Made by a program: the position numbers and the translations under genes. From the NCBI GenBank assembly GCA_963626345.1, contig CAVFXI010000021.1:1-40988 (forward strand): a DNA stretch of 40,988 nucleotides, given 5' to 3'. Positions 1-6,905 of this stretch are shown here, in pieces (position 1 is the first letter of the stretch; each line of letters begins with the position of its first letter). The notes under the pieces were generated by a model. That model did no database searches and was not told the DNA's origin. It saw only the letters and a program-made list of their open reading frames with translations. Source of the stretch: Gemmiger formicilis (GTDB lineage Bacteria > Bacillota_I > Bacilli_A > RFN20 > CAG-826).

Positions 1-250
1 TTCTAACATTTAAAATTGCATTAAATTCAGCATGGCAAACATATAAATATTTGTTGTCCAATCCTTCGTTTTTATTCCAACTTAAATCTTTATCATCTAG
101 ATTTCTTGGCATACCATTATATCCAAGAGAAACAACTTTATGATCATCATCAACAATAACAGCACCAACTTGACTTGATGGGTCTTTACTTCTTTTACTA
201 GCAACTATGGCCATAGCCATAAAGCAATCATCCCAAGATATTCTTTCCAT
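1..250 (-). CDS. comEB: deoxycytidylate (dCMP) deaminase, ComEB-type; 3' end truncated by window edge
   Basis: Absent from the ORF track because it runs off the window. Reverse-strand translation from the ATG at 248-250 reads MERISWDDCFMAMAIVASKRSKDPSSQVGAVIVDDDHKVVSLGYNGMPRNL...YLYVCHAEFNAILNV. This is a cytidine/dCMP deaminase fold with the (C/H)AE zinc motif. An AAGGAG SD lies upstream, 6 nt after the pepT stop. Confidence 0.8.
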   Translation of the reverse strand, partial: MERISWDDCFMAMAIVASKRSKDPSSQVGAVIVDDDHKVVSLGYNGMPRNLDDKDLSWNKNEGLDNKYLYVCHAEFNAILNVR

Positions 251-256
251 TAAATT

Positions 257-1453
257 CTACTCCTTCAATAATTGTTTAACTATTTCAACCATCTTATACA
301 TTTGAGTTAAAGAAACAAATTCAAATCTACCATGAGGGTTAAAATCACCAGTTCCTAGATTTGGACATGGAAGTCCCATATAAGTAATCATTGCACCATC
401 AGTTCCACCTCTAATTGGAGTATGTGCAAGTTTGGTTTTACTTGCTAGGTAGGCTTTATTTATTAATTCAATGCCCTCTGGATGTTCTCTAAAATAATAT
501 GCCATATTTTTATAGTCATCATTAATTTCGATACTAATTTCAGCTTTAACATGTATTTTTTGAAGATCTTCAGCAGCTTTTTTCATTAGTGATTTTTTCT
601 TTTCCAATAATGATACATCGTGATCACGAATGATATATTCAAGTTTAGCATTTTCAACATCTCCACTTATTGAGCAAAGATGAATGAATCCTTGATATCC
701 ATCAGTTTTTTCAGGAACTTCATTTTTTGGCATAAGCTCTTGATATTCACAAGCAATTGAAGCAGCATTTTCCATAACATCTTTTGCTGAACCTGGATGT
801 ACTCCAACTCCTTTAATAGTAATAGTTGCACTAGCTGCATTAAAATTTTCATGATTAGCTTCATAAATTGATTCGCCATCTAAAGTAAAACCAAAATCAG
901 CTTTTGCCTTTGAAACATCAAAATGTTTCCAACCTCCACCAACTTCTTCGTCAGGAGTAAAACAAATGCTTAAATTAAATGTAAATTCATCTTTATGCGA
1001 AATGTAATATTTAGCAACTTCAAAAATAATCGCAACACCAGCCTTATCATCTCCACCAAGCAAATGTTCACCATCAGTTACAAGTAAATCTTCTCCAATA
1101 AGATCATTCATAAATGGAAAAACTTCTGGACTCAACGTGTATTTTTCATTTAATGCTATGTCTCCGCCTTTATAATTTTCGACTTTTTGAGGATTTTCAA
1201 TTCCACCGATTAAAGCTGGAGATGTGTCCATATGAGCAACCAAACAGATTGTTTTTTCCTTGCCCCCATCAATAAACCCGTAAACTAAACCGAATTCATC
1301 TTTATAGGCATTTTCTACACCAATTTCCTTTAAATCATTAACTAAAATATCTCCAAAAGCCAATTGCGAACTTGTTGATGGATAAGTTGTTGATGTTTCA
1401 CTACTCATTGTTTCATATGAGATATATTTTCTAAATCTTTCTTCTAATGTCAT
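257..1453 (-). CDS. pepT: peptidase T (tripeptide aminopeptidase, M20B)
   Basis: 398 aa. The N-terminus ERFRKYISYETMS...YPSTSSQLAFGDILVNDLKEIG and the HMDT and GGDDKAG metal-ligand motifs are typical of PepT. An AGGAG SD lies 7 nt upstream. Confidence 0.9.
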   Translation of the reverse strand: MTLEERFRKYISYETMSSETSTTYPSTSSQLAFGDILVNDLKEIGVENAYKDEFGLVYGFIDGGKEKTICLVAHMDTSPALIGGIENPQKVENYKGGDIALNEKYTLSPEVFPFMNDLIGEDLLVTDGEHLLGGDDKAGVAIIFEVAKYYISHKDEFTFNLSICFTPDEEVGGGWKHFDVSKAKADFGFTLDGESIYEANHENFNAASATITIKGVGVHPGSAKDVMENAASIACEYQELMPKNEVPEKTDGYQGFIHLCSISGDVENAKLEYIIRDHDVSLLEKKKSLMKKAAEDLQKIHVKAEISIEINDDYKNMAYYFREHPEGIELINKAYLASKTKLAHTPIRGGTDGAMITYMGLPCPNLGTGDFNPHGRFEFVSLTQMYKMVEIVKQLLKE

Positions 1454-1455
1454 TC

Positions 1456-2043
1456 TTATGCTCCTAAAACTTTTATTTTTAAATCCTTAAAATTTAAAGT
1501 AGGAATAGCACTATCACTTGCAATTCCATACGTTTTTATATTAATAACCAATTCCTTAGTGTTGCTAATTGGTAACTCTCTTATCGAATAACTTGCAAAA
1601 TTTTCTGTTGAAAAAGAAACTGTCTTTAAAACGCTACCATCTACAACAAAATCAAGTTTAGGCGAAGATGTATAAACTGCCTTACCAGAATCAATCGATG
1701 CAGAGAATGAAAAATCAACAATGAGCTTATTATAGTCATTATTGAAACTATTTAATTTGCTCAAGTCAACTTTAAAAAGTTCTTTAGAATCAGAACTTGT
1801 TTTATAAACATCGCCATCTTTTTTTATGTTTGATGAAAAACAATCATGCGAATCGCCAATCGTATAATATTTATCATCCGTTGTCTCTTTCTCATTAACA
1901 ATTTTATTATCGTAAATCCATTGATAATTTGGAGTTACAGAGCAATAAGAAATATATAAAATAACTCCTAAAAGAATAGGAATTGCCAATAAAATTGTTA
2001 ATAAACTTTTATTTGGATGCTTTTTTGTAACTTCTTTTTCCAT
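1456..2043 (-). CDS. hypothetical membrane-anchored protein (N-terminal TM/signal anchor, beta-rich extracytoplasmic domain)
   Basis: 195-aa ORF with one hydrophobic segment (LLTILLAIPILLGVILYISY) followed by an S/T/D/K-rich domain. I recognise no family. It sits 2 nt upstream of pepT, so the two are probably co-transcribed. Confidence 0.55.
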   Translation of the reverse strand: MEKEVTKKHPNKSLLTILLAIPILLGVILYISYCSVTPNYQWIYDNKIVNEKETTDDKYYTIGDSHDCFSSNIKKDGDVYKTSSDSKELFKVDLSKLNSFNNDYNKLIVDFSFSASIDSGKAVYTSSPKLDFVVDGSVLKTVSFSTENFASYSIRELPISNTKELVINIKTYGIASDSAIPTLNFKDLKIKVLGA

Positions 2044-2062
2044 AGTTTGTACCTACGCACAC

Positions 2063-2084
2063 AATTATACTTAAAAGTATAATT
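2063..2084 (-). promoter_or_regulatory. perfect 10-2-10 palindrome AATTATACTT-AA-AAGTATAATT containing a TATAAT on each strand; candidate promoter/operator of the 195-aa/pepT/comEB operon
   Basis: Read directly from the sequence. The minus-strand TATAAT is at 2065-2070, 21 nt upstream of the ATG at 2043. Confidence 0.45.
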
Positions 2085-2102
2085 AAATTAAATAAATATA
2101 GT

Positions 2103-2125
2103 AAAAAAGCCACCAAAATGGTGGC
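2103..2125 (-). terminator. rho-independent terminator of the M18 aminopeptidase gene
   Basis: GCCACC-AAAAT-GGTGGC stem-loop. On the minus strand it is followed by a T6 run (the A run at 2103-2108 on plus). Confidence 0.7.
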
Positions 2126-2140
2126 CAATATTACTTAGAA

Positions 2141-3502
2141 TTAAGCATTTTTAAGGAAGACTTTATATGCTTCATAAGCTTCATAAACATCAACCTTAGC
2201 AACAATCTCCATTGGTGAATGCATATTGAGAACTGGAACACCAGCATCAATAACATTCATATTTAAATTTGCTAGGATATAGGCAATTGTTCCACCGCCA
2301 CCTTGATCAACTTTACCTAGTTCGGAGGTTTGATAATAGATATTTCCTTTATCCATAATGTCTCTTAAATGAGCAATAAATTCAGCATTTGCATCATTGC
2401 ATCCACTCTTTCCTCTAGCACCAGTGTATTTATTAAAAACAATACCTTTTCCTAAATAACAAGAGTTTTTAGCTTCGCAAACATTTAAGAATAATGGGTC
2501 ACTACCAGCCGAAACATCACTACTTAACATATTTGAATTACTTAAACATTTTCTTAATTTAAGTTCATTAAATCCTTCAACCTTATCAATAACTTCACTA
2601 ATTGCATCTTCAAAGAATTTGCTTTGAGCACCAGTGGCACCAATACTTCCAACTTCTTCTTTATCAACTAAAACGCAACAGGAAGTTCTTTCAACATCAT
2701 CCATTTCTAAAATTGCTCTAAATGATGTAAAAGCACAAACTCTATCATCGTGACCATAAGCTGCAACCATGCTTCTATCTAATCCATATTCTTTAGCTGG
2801 GAAAGCAGGAACAACTTCAATTTCACTAGAAACAAAATCTTCCTCTTCAATTCCGTATTTATCTTTTAAAATTTTTAAAACATTAGCTTTAACCGCGTCT
2901 TTTTCTTCATCTTTTAAAGGATATAAACCAACAGTTACATCAAGATTTTCACCAGGAATAACTTCGGATGCTTTCTTTTGCATTTGATCTGCTGAAAGAT
3001 GAATTAATAGATCAGAAATACCAACAACTGGATCACCTTCATTCAAACCAATATTAACATCAACAACAGAACCATCTTTTTTGCAAACAACACCAACTAA
3101 GGCAAGAGGAATTGTAACCCATTGATATTTTTTAATGCCTCCATAATAGTGAGTATCTAATAATGCAAAATTTGTGGATTCATAAATTGGATTTTGTTTT
3201 AAATCCAATCTTGGTGAATCAATATGGGCTCCTAAAACATTAAGTCCTTCAACTAAACCTTTTTTGCCAACAACAAATAAAACTATATTTTTATTTCTAT
3301 TCTTAACAAAAACTTTGTCGCCTTTCTTTAAAGACTTAAACTCTTCAATTGATTTAAAACCATGCTCACGAGCAACTTTTTCAACATATCTAACAACTAA
3401 TCTTTCATTCTTACATTCTGATAAAAAATTAATATAGTCCTTGTTGAAAAGGTCTAATTTTTCTTTGTTTTCATATTTTTCAAAAGCGTATTTATCGTAC
3501 AT
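2141..3502 (-). CDS. M18 family aminopeptidase (aminopeptidase 1-like)
   Basis: 453 aa. Length and N-terminal region (EKL..F...YINFLSECKNERL) match M18 aminopeptidases, as do the GAHIDSPRLDLK and VLVDKEEVGS motifs. AAGGAGA SD upstream. Confidence 0.85.
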   Translation of the reverse strand: MYDKYAFEKYENKEKLDLFNKDYINFLSECKNERLVVRYVEKVAREHGFKSIEEFKSLKKGDKVFVKNRNKNIVLFVVGKKGLVEGLNVLGAHIDSPRLDLKQNPIYESTNFALLDTHYYGGIKKYQWVTIPLALVGVVCKKDGSVVDVNIGLNEGDPVVGISDLLIHLSADQMQKKASEVIPGENLDVTVGLYPLKDEEKDAVKANVLKILKDKYGIEEEDFVSSEIEVVPAFPAKEYGLDRSMVAAYGHDDRVCAFTSFRAILEMDDVERTSCCVLVDKEEVGSIGATGAQSKFFEDAISEVIDKVEGFNELKLRKCLSNSNMLSSDVSAGSDPLFLNVCEAKNSCYLGKGIVFNKYTGARGKSGCNDANAEFIAHLRDIMDKGNIYYQTSELGKVDQGGGGTIAYILANLNMNVIDAGVPVLNMHSPMEIVAKVDVYEAYEAYKVFLKNA

Positions 3503-3544
3503 ATTTAAAAAATCTCCTTTTCTGTGACAAATAAATACTAAATG

Positions 3545-3579
3545 TTATAAAAAATTTGTAAAGATGGTATCATATTTTC
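3545..3579 (+). promoter_or_regulatory. candidate promoter TTATAA-N17-TGgTATCAT ending 6 nt before the ATG (leaderless-type)
   Basis: -35-like hexamer at 3545-3550 and an extended -10 TGgTATCAT at 3565-3573, with the ATG at 3580. There is no GGAGG-like SD at a functional distance. Confidence 0.45.
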
Positions 3580-4386
3580 ATGAAAACAAAATATATTATT
3601 GATGCGCACGCACATTTAGCATATTGGACAACATTAAAAGAATGCGAAGAAAATCTAATTAAAAGCAATAAGAAATATAAAATAAATTATTCTTTAATTA
3701 GTTTTGCAAGTTCTGAGTTCGCTGAGGAAAATGACTCAAGAACAAGACTTGTTCAACAAATTATTGCTTTTAATAAGACTTCTGAATTTGTTAGAAAACA
3801 TCCAAAACAATTTGGAATGCTTTGTTGGGTTAGACCTCATACAGAAAGCAATCTTAAAGAGGTTGAAAATTTTATAGTTAATAATAGAGATATTATTTAT
3901 GGGCTTAAGTTCCATCCATATTGTTCAAGAATCAAGATGACTGATCCAAAAATAATTCCATATTTAAAACTTGCTGAAAAATATAATTTGCCAGTTTTAG
4001 TTCATACAGCTTCTGACAAATATTCAAAAATTAAATATCTTGCTGAAGTAGCAAAAGAATGGCCACATTTAAATTTTATTGCTGCACATGCTGAACTTTT
4101 ATCTAATCATAAAGAATGCATGAAATATATGCTCATGTATAGAAACTTATTTTGTGATACAGCTTGGGTTGATATTAAAACCACTAAAGATTTCATAAAA
4201 AATGGATTATCAGACCGAATTATTTTTGGAACCGATAACCCAATTGATGGTGAAATTACTTTAGATAATCAAATTTATCAAGATTACTTTAATAATAGCC
4301 TTGAATTAAATCAAGATGACATTGATAAAATAATGTATAAAAATGCTTTAAAGATTTATAACATTAATCCTAAAGTATTTAAATAA
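3580..4386 (+). CDS. metal-dependent amidohydrolase-family (TIM-barrel) hydrolase
   Basis: 268 aa. It has an N-terminal IDAHAH metal motif plus later HPY/HT/AAHA/D motifs, typical of amidohydrolase_2-type proteins. The substrate is unknown. Confidence 0.7.
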   Translation: MKTKYIIDAHAHLAYWTTLKECEENLIKSNKKYKINYSLISFASSEFAEENDSRTRLVQQIIAFNKTSEFVRKHPKQFGMLCWVRPHTESNLKEVENFIVNNRDIIYGLKFHPYCSRIKMTDPKIIPYLKLAEKYNLPVLVHTASDKYSKIKYLAEVAKEWPHLNFIAAHAELLSNHKECMKYMLMYRNLFCDTAWVDIKTTKDFIKNGLSDRIIFGTDNPIDGEITLDNQIYQDYFNNSLELNQDDIDKIMYKNALKIYNINPKVFK

Positions 4387-4619
4387 ATAATCGCAATATG
4401 AAGAGGGCAGGTTTTACTGCCATCATCACAATTACCTCCACCATTGGAGGTCTTTTTTGATAAACTTAAAACTATAATTAATACTGTAACAATCAATACT
4501 AATGCAACAATGAATATTATCAAAGCTTTTGATTTCCATTCAACTTTATGCAATGTTTCTTTGTTTGTTTCGTTTGGATTAACTTCTTCAACAGTTTCTT
4601 TTTCTTCTTTATTTTCCAT
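4356..4619 (-). CDS. small single-pass membrane protein (hypothetical)
   Basis: 87 aa with an acidic N-terminus, one TM (ALIIFIVALVLIVTVLIIVLSL) and a Cys-containing tail. A strong GGAGGAAAA SD lies inside the end of the upstream gene, and the start overlaps that gene's stop. The 3' end overlaps the convergent amidohydrolase gene by 31 nt. Confidence 0.45.
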   Translation of the reverse strand: MENKEEKETVEEVNPNETNKETLHKVEWKSKALIIFIVALVLIVTVLIIVLSLSKKTSNGGGNCDDGSKTCPLHIAIIYLNTLGLML

Positions 4620-5439
4620 CTTTATTTTCCTCCACAGATTTAATTTCTTCTATAACTACATCGTCTCTTACAAGTGCGCCTTTAACATTCGAAAATGTTG
4701 TAACGTTTAAAATGATACAAATTAATATAATATGAACAAAACATGCTAAAAAACCAACTATATTTTGAACTAAATAAACAAACCAAAAATGCCAATTTAA
4801 AACAAAGGATTTAATTAAACTGCTGACAGGAATCTTAAATACAAAATATGTTAAAAAGACCGATGTTGCAATTGTATAAATATTGTAATATTTATTAATT
4901 TTTGCATTTTTAAATTTATTTTTAATTAATATAACGCCGCCAACGTAAATAATTGATAATCCAAAAGATCCAAAAATCATTAAATATTTAAGCCAGTCTT
5001 CAATAATATATTCTTTTTTACCGCTTTCACTATGAATTGAACTATTTAGTGAAAAGTAAATAGTAATAAAAGTCGATATAATGAGCAAAATAACAATTAA
5101 TGAAATAGGATATTTCTTTTCAAATTTATTGTTAAATACTCTATAAAGCAAATAAGGCATCAAACCAGTTAATGAAGCAGGTATTGTAAAAAGAGGATTA
5201 AATGCACCGCCTTGAGGAACCAATAAAGCGCCAAAAACATCACAAAAAGTGCCAACAAGTAGTCCCCAAACTGGCCCCAAATAAAAAGAACTAAACATTA
5301 CAATTGATGGGTTTAAAGAAACTTTTAAAAATGGTAAACCAAAAAGACTTGGTAATGATACAAATCTAGAAAGAATAATGCCAATTGCAATAAATAAGGC
5401 ACTATAAGAAATTTTATGAATAATCGTCATCTTCTTCAT
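4609..5439 (-). CDS. ECF-transporter S component, folate-family-like, with extra C-terminal TM segments
   Basis: 276 aa. The N-terminal 170 aa resemble FolT-type S components (SRFVSLP...FLKVSL..IVMFSSFYLGPVWGLLVGTFCDVFGALL). A further 100 aa or so is hydrophobic. GAGGAA SD upstream; the gene lies 3 nt after smpB. Confidence 0.6.
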   Translation of the reverse strand: MKKMTIIHKISYSALFIAIGIILSRFVSLPSLFGLPFLKVSLNPSIVMFSSFYLGPVWGLLVGTFCDVFGALLVPQGGAFNPLFTIPASLTGLMPYLLYRVFNNKFEKKYPISLIVILLIISTFITIYFSLNSSIHSESGKKEYIIEDWLKYLMIFGSFGLSIIYVGGVILIKNKFKNAKINKYYNIYTIATSVFLTYFVFKIPVSSLIKSFVLNWHFWFVYLVQNIVGFLACFVHIILICIILNVTTFSNVKGALVRDDVVIEEIKSVEENKDGK

Positions 5440-5442
5440 AAT

Positions 5443-5907
5443 TTAATTCCTCTTCATCGCTTTATTTAAACTACGATTTACATCTCTTTCTTTAATTGTT
5501 TCACGTTTATCATAAAGTTTCTTACCTTTTCCTAAAGCTATCTCTATTTTACAAAGGCCTTTTTTTAAATAAACTTTAGTAGGGATGATAGAAAAACCAC
5601 TTAAGGTAACTTTACTTGCAAGTTTGCTTATCTCTTTTTTATGAAGCAATAACTTTCTAGTTCTTAAAGGTTCATGAGTAAAAGAACTAGCTTTATCATA
5701 AGGAGAAATATTCATATTTAAGATGAAAGCTTCTCCGTTTTTAATAATCACATATGAATCACTAATATTACAACCACCATTCCTAATGGATTTAATTTCG
5801 CTTCCAACAAGTTCAATTCCGCATTCTAAAAAATCACTTAAGAAATAGTTAAATGATGCTTTTTTGTTTTGCGCTACTACTTTTCTTCCTTCTACTACTT
5901 GTTTCAT
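5443..5907 (-). CDS. smpB: SsrA-binding protein SmpB
   Basis: 154 aa with the canonical SmpB sequence (NKKASFNY..., GSEIKSIR, RTRKLLLHKKEI). Confidence 0.95.
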   Translation of the reverse strand: MKQVVEGRKVVAQNKKASFNYFLSDFLECGIELVGSEIKSIRNGGCNISDSYVIIKNGEAFILNMNISPYDKASSFTHEPLRTRKLLLHKKEISKLASKVTLSGFSIIPTKVYLKKGLCKIEIALGKGKKLYDKRETIKERDVNRSLNKAMKRN

Positions 5908-5920
5908 GCCCCAAATTATA
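5908..5920 (-). promoter_or_regulatory. -10 box TATAAT placed 7 nt upstream of the smpB ATG (leaderless-type); part of an 11-5-11 AT palindrome
   Basis: The minus strand reads TATAAT-ttggggc-ATG, with the -10 at 5915-5920. No usable SD is present. Confidence 0.45.
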
Positions 5921-5975
5921 ATTTATTTTTTTAATAAATTATAGAAAAACAATAAATATTTATATTATCTAAATA

Positions 5976-6494
5976 TTAAATCTTATCTTTGTTAACTTTA
6001 TAAAACACTTCTACCATTCTATCAAGATTAGCTCCACTAACTTGATTAATCCTTTGTGTAGTAATCATTTTAAGTTCTGGTCTTTTTTTGCTAGCAATCT
6101 TAAACATAGTTTTAATAAAAGATTTTTTAATACCTTTATATCGTTCAATATCAAATCCACCAGGAATCATATAAAGTCTTACGTGATACAACTCTAAACC
6201 ATTAGCCATAATGACATTTTCTTTTTTGTCATTTGTTGCAGGTTCAATTCCAACTGCAAAAATAAATATGTTTTTGTTTTCCATTTTTTCATAACGTTTT
6301 AAAAATTTATTTAAACCAACGATGACATTATTACGTAATGGTCCCATAAAAACGATATTATCTGCATCTTTAATATCTTTATTTTTAATCTTTTTAATTT
6401 CATAAACTTCGTCACACTCAATTCGTGGAGCAAGAAGATCAACATACTCTTTTGTAAATCCTGTATTTGATTTGTAATAAATAATTGTTTTCAT
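5976..6494 (-). CDS. flavodoxin-domain protein (Flavodoxin_5 / HemG-like)
   Basis: 172 aa. The N-terminus MKTIIYYKSNTGFTKEY is a flavodoxin-like FMN-loop signature, and the size fits short flavodoxin-domain proteins. Confidence 0.65.
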   Translation of the reverse strand: MKTIIYYKSNTGFTKEYVDLLAPRIECDEVYEIKKIKNKDIKDADNIVFMGPLRNNVIVGLNKFLKRYEKMENKNIFIFAVGIEPATNDKKENVIMANGLELYHVRLYMIPGGFDIERYKGIKKSFIKTMFKIASKKRPELKMITTQRINQVSGANLDRMVEVFYKVNKDKI

Positions 6495-6510
6495 AACTCC
6501 AATTATACCA
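6495..6510 (-). promoter_or_regulatory. extended -10 TGgTATAAT 7 nt upstream of the flavodoxin-like gene ATG (leaderless-type)
   Basis: The minus strand reads cgTGgTATAAT-tggagtt-ATG, with the -10 at 6502-6507. It is back-to-back with the divergent arsR-type promoter. Confidence 0.5.
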
Positions 6511-6534
6511 CGTCAGAGCAAGAATAAAATCCTA

Positions 6535-6564
6535 TTGACAGTTGAATGGTTGCTCAACTATAAT
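6535..6564 (+). promoter_or_regulatory. consensus sigma-A promoter TTGACA-N18-TATAAT with an embedded 6-8-6 inverted repeat AGTTGA-N8-TCAACT (candidate ArsR/SmtB operator)
   Basis: TTGACA at 6535-6540 and TATAAT at 6559-6564. The inverted repeat at 6540-6545/6554-6559 fills the spacer. A GAGGAA SD at 6572-6577 precedes the ATG at 6584. Confidence 0.6.
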
Positions 6565-6583
6565 TATCGGCGAGGAAACTATT

Positions 6584-6901
6584 ATGAGCAAATTAGAAGA
6601 AAGTAAATTTAATGAAATTTCCGCTGATACATATTTAAATATGGCAACATTCTTAAAAGTTTTTGGTGACGAAACAAGACTTAAAATTTTGTTCCTATTA
6701 AATGATGCCGAATATACAGTTACTGATTTATGTAAAGTTTTAATAATGTCAAAATCCGCAATTTCACATCAACTAAAAACATTAAAAGATAACAGGATTG
6801 TAAAAATGAGAAAGGTTGGTAAGAACGTTTATTTTTCGTTAAACGATGAACATGTTTCACAAATTCTAGAAACAACAAAATCTCATATTATGGAGGAATA
6901 G
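6584..6901 (+). CDS. ArsR/SmtB-family metalloregulator with an alpha5 (SmtB/CzrA-type) site
   Basis: wHTH core (ETRLKILFLL...SKSAISHQLKTLKD). The C-terminus NDEHVSQILETTKSHIMEE fits D-x-H-x10-H-x2-E. The alpha3 CVC motif is absent (TVTDL). The track ORF begins at a TTG at 6542; the ATG at 6584 has the SD and is preferred. Confidence 0.85.
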   Translation: MSKLEESKFNEISADTYLNMATFLKVFGDETRLKILFLLNDAEYTVTDLCKVLIMSKSAISHQLKTLKDNRIVKMRKVGKNVYFSLNDEHVSQILETTKSHIMEE

Positions 6902-6905
6902 TCTT

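Noticed and set aside
4406-4421. GGCAG-gtttta-CTGCC hairpin just after the amidohydrolase stop, considered as its terminator.
   Set aside because: The stem is only 5 bp, no T-tract follows on either strand, and the hairpin lies within the coding region of the convergent 87-aa gene.
4444-4710. 88-aa plus-strand ORF opposite the small TM gene and the end of the ECF S-component gene.
   Set aside because: It is antisense to two SD-preceded minus-strand genes, has no SD or promoter, and its sequence is low-complexity and hydrophobic. It looks like a shadow ORF.
5440-5442. Expected THF riboswitch ahead of the folate-type ECF S-component, and ssrA (tmRNA) next to smpB.
   Set aside because: Only 3 nt separate smpB from the transporter gene, and the following DNA is coding. 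There is no space or conserved RNA motif for either element.
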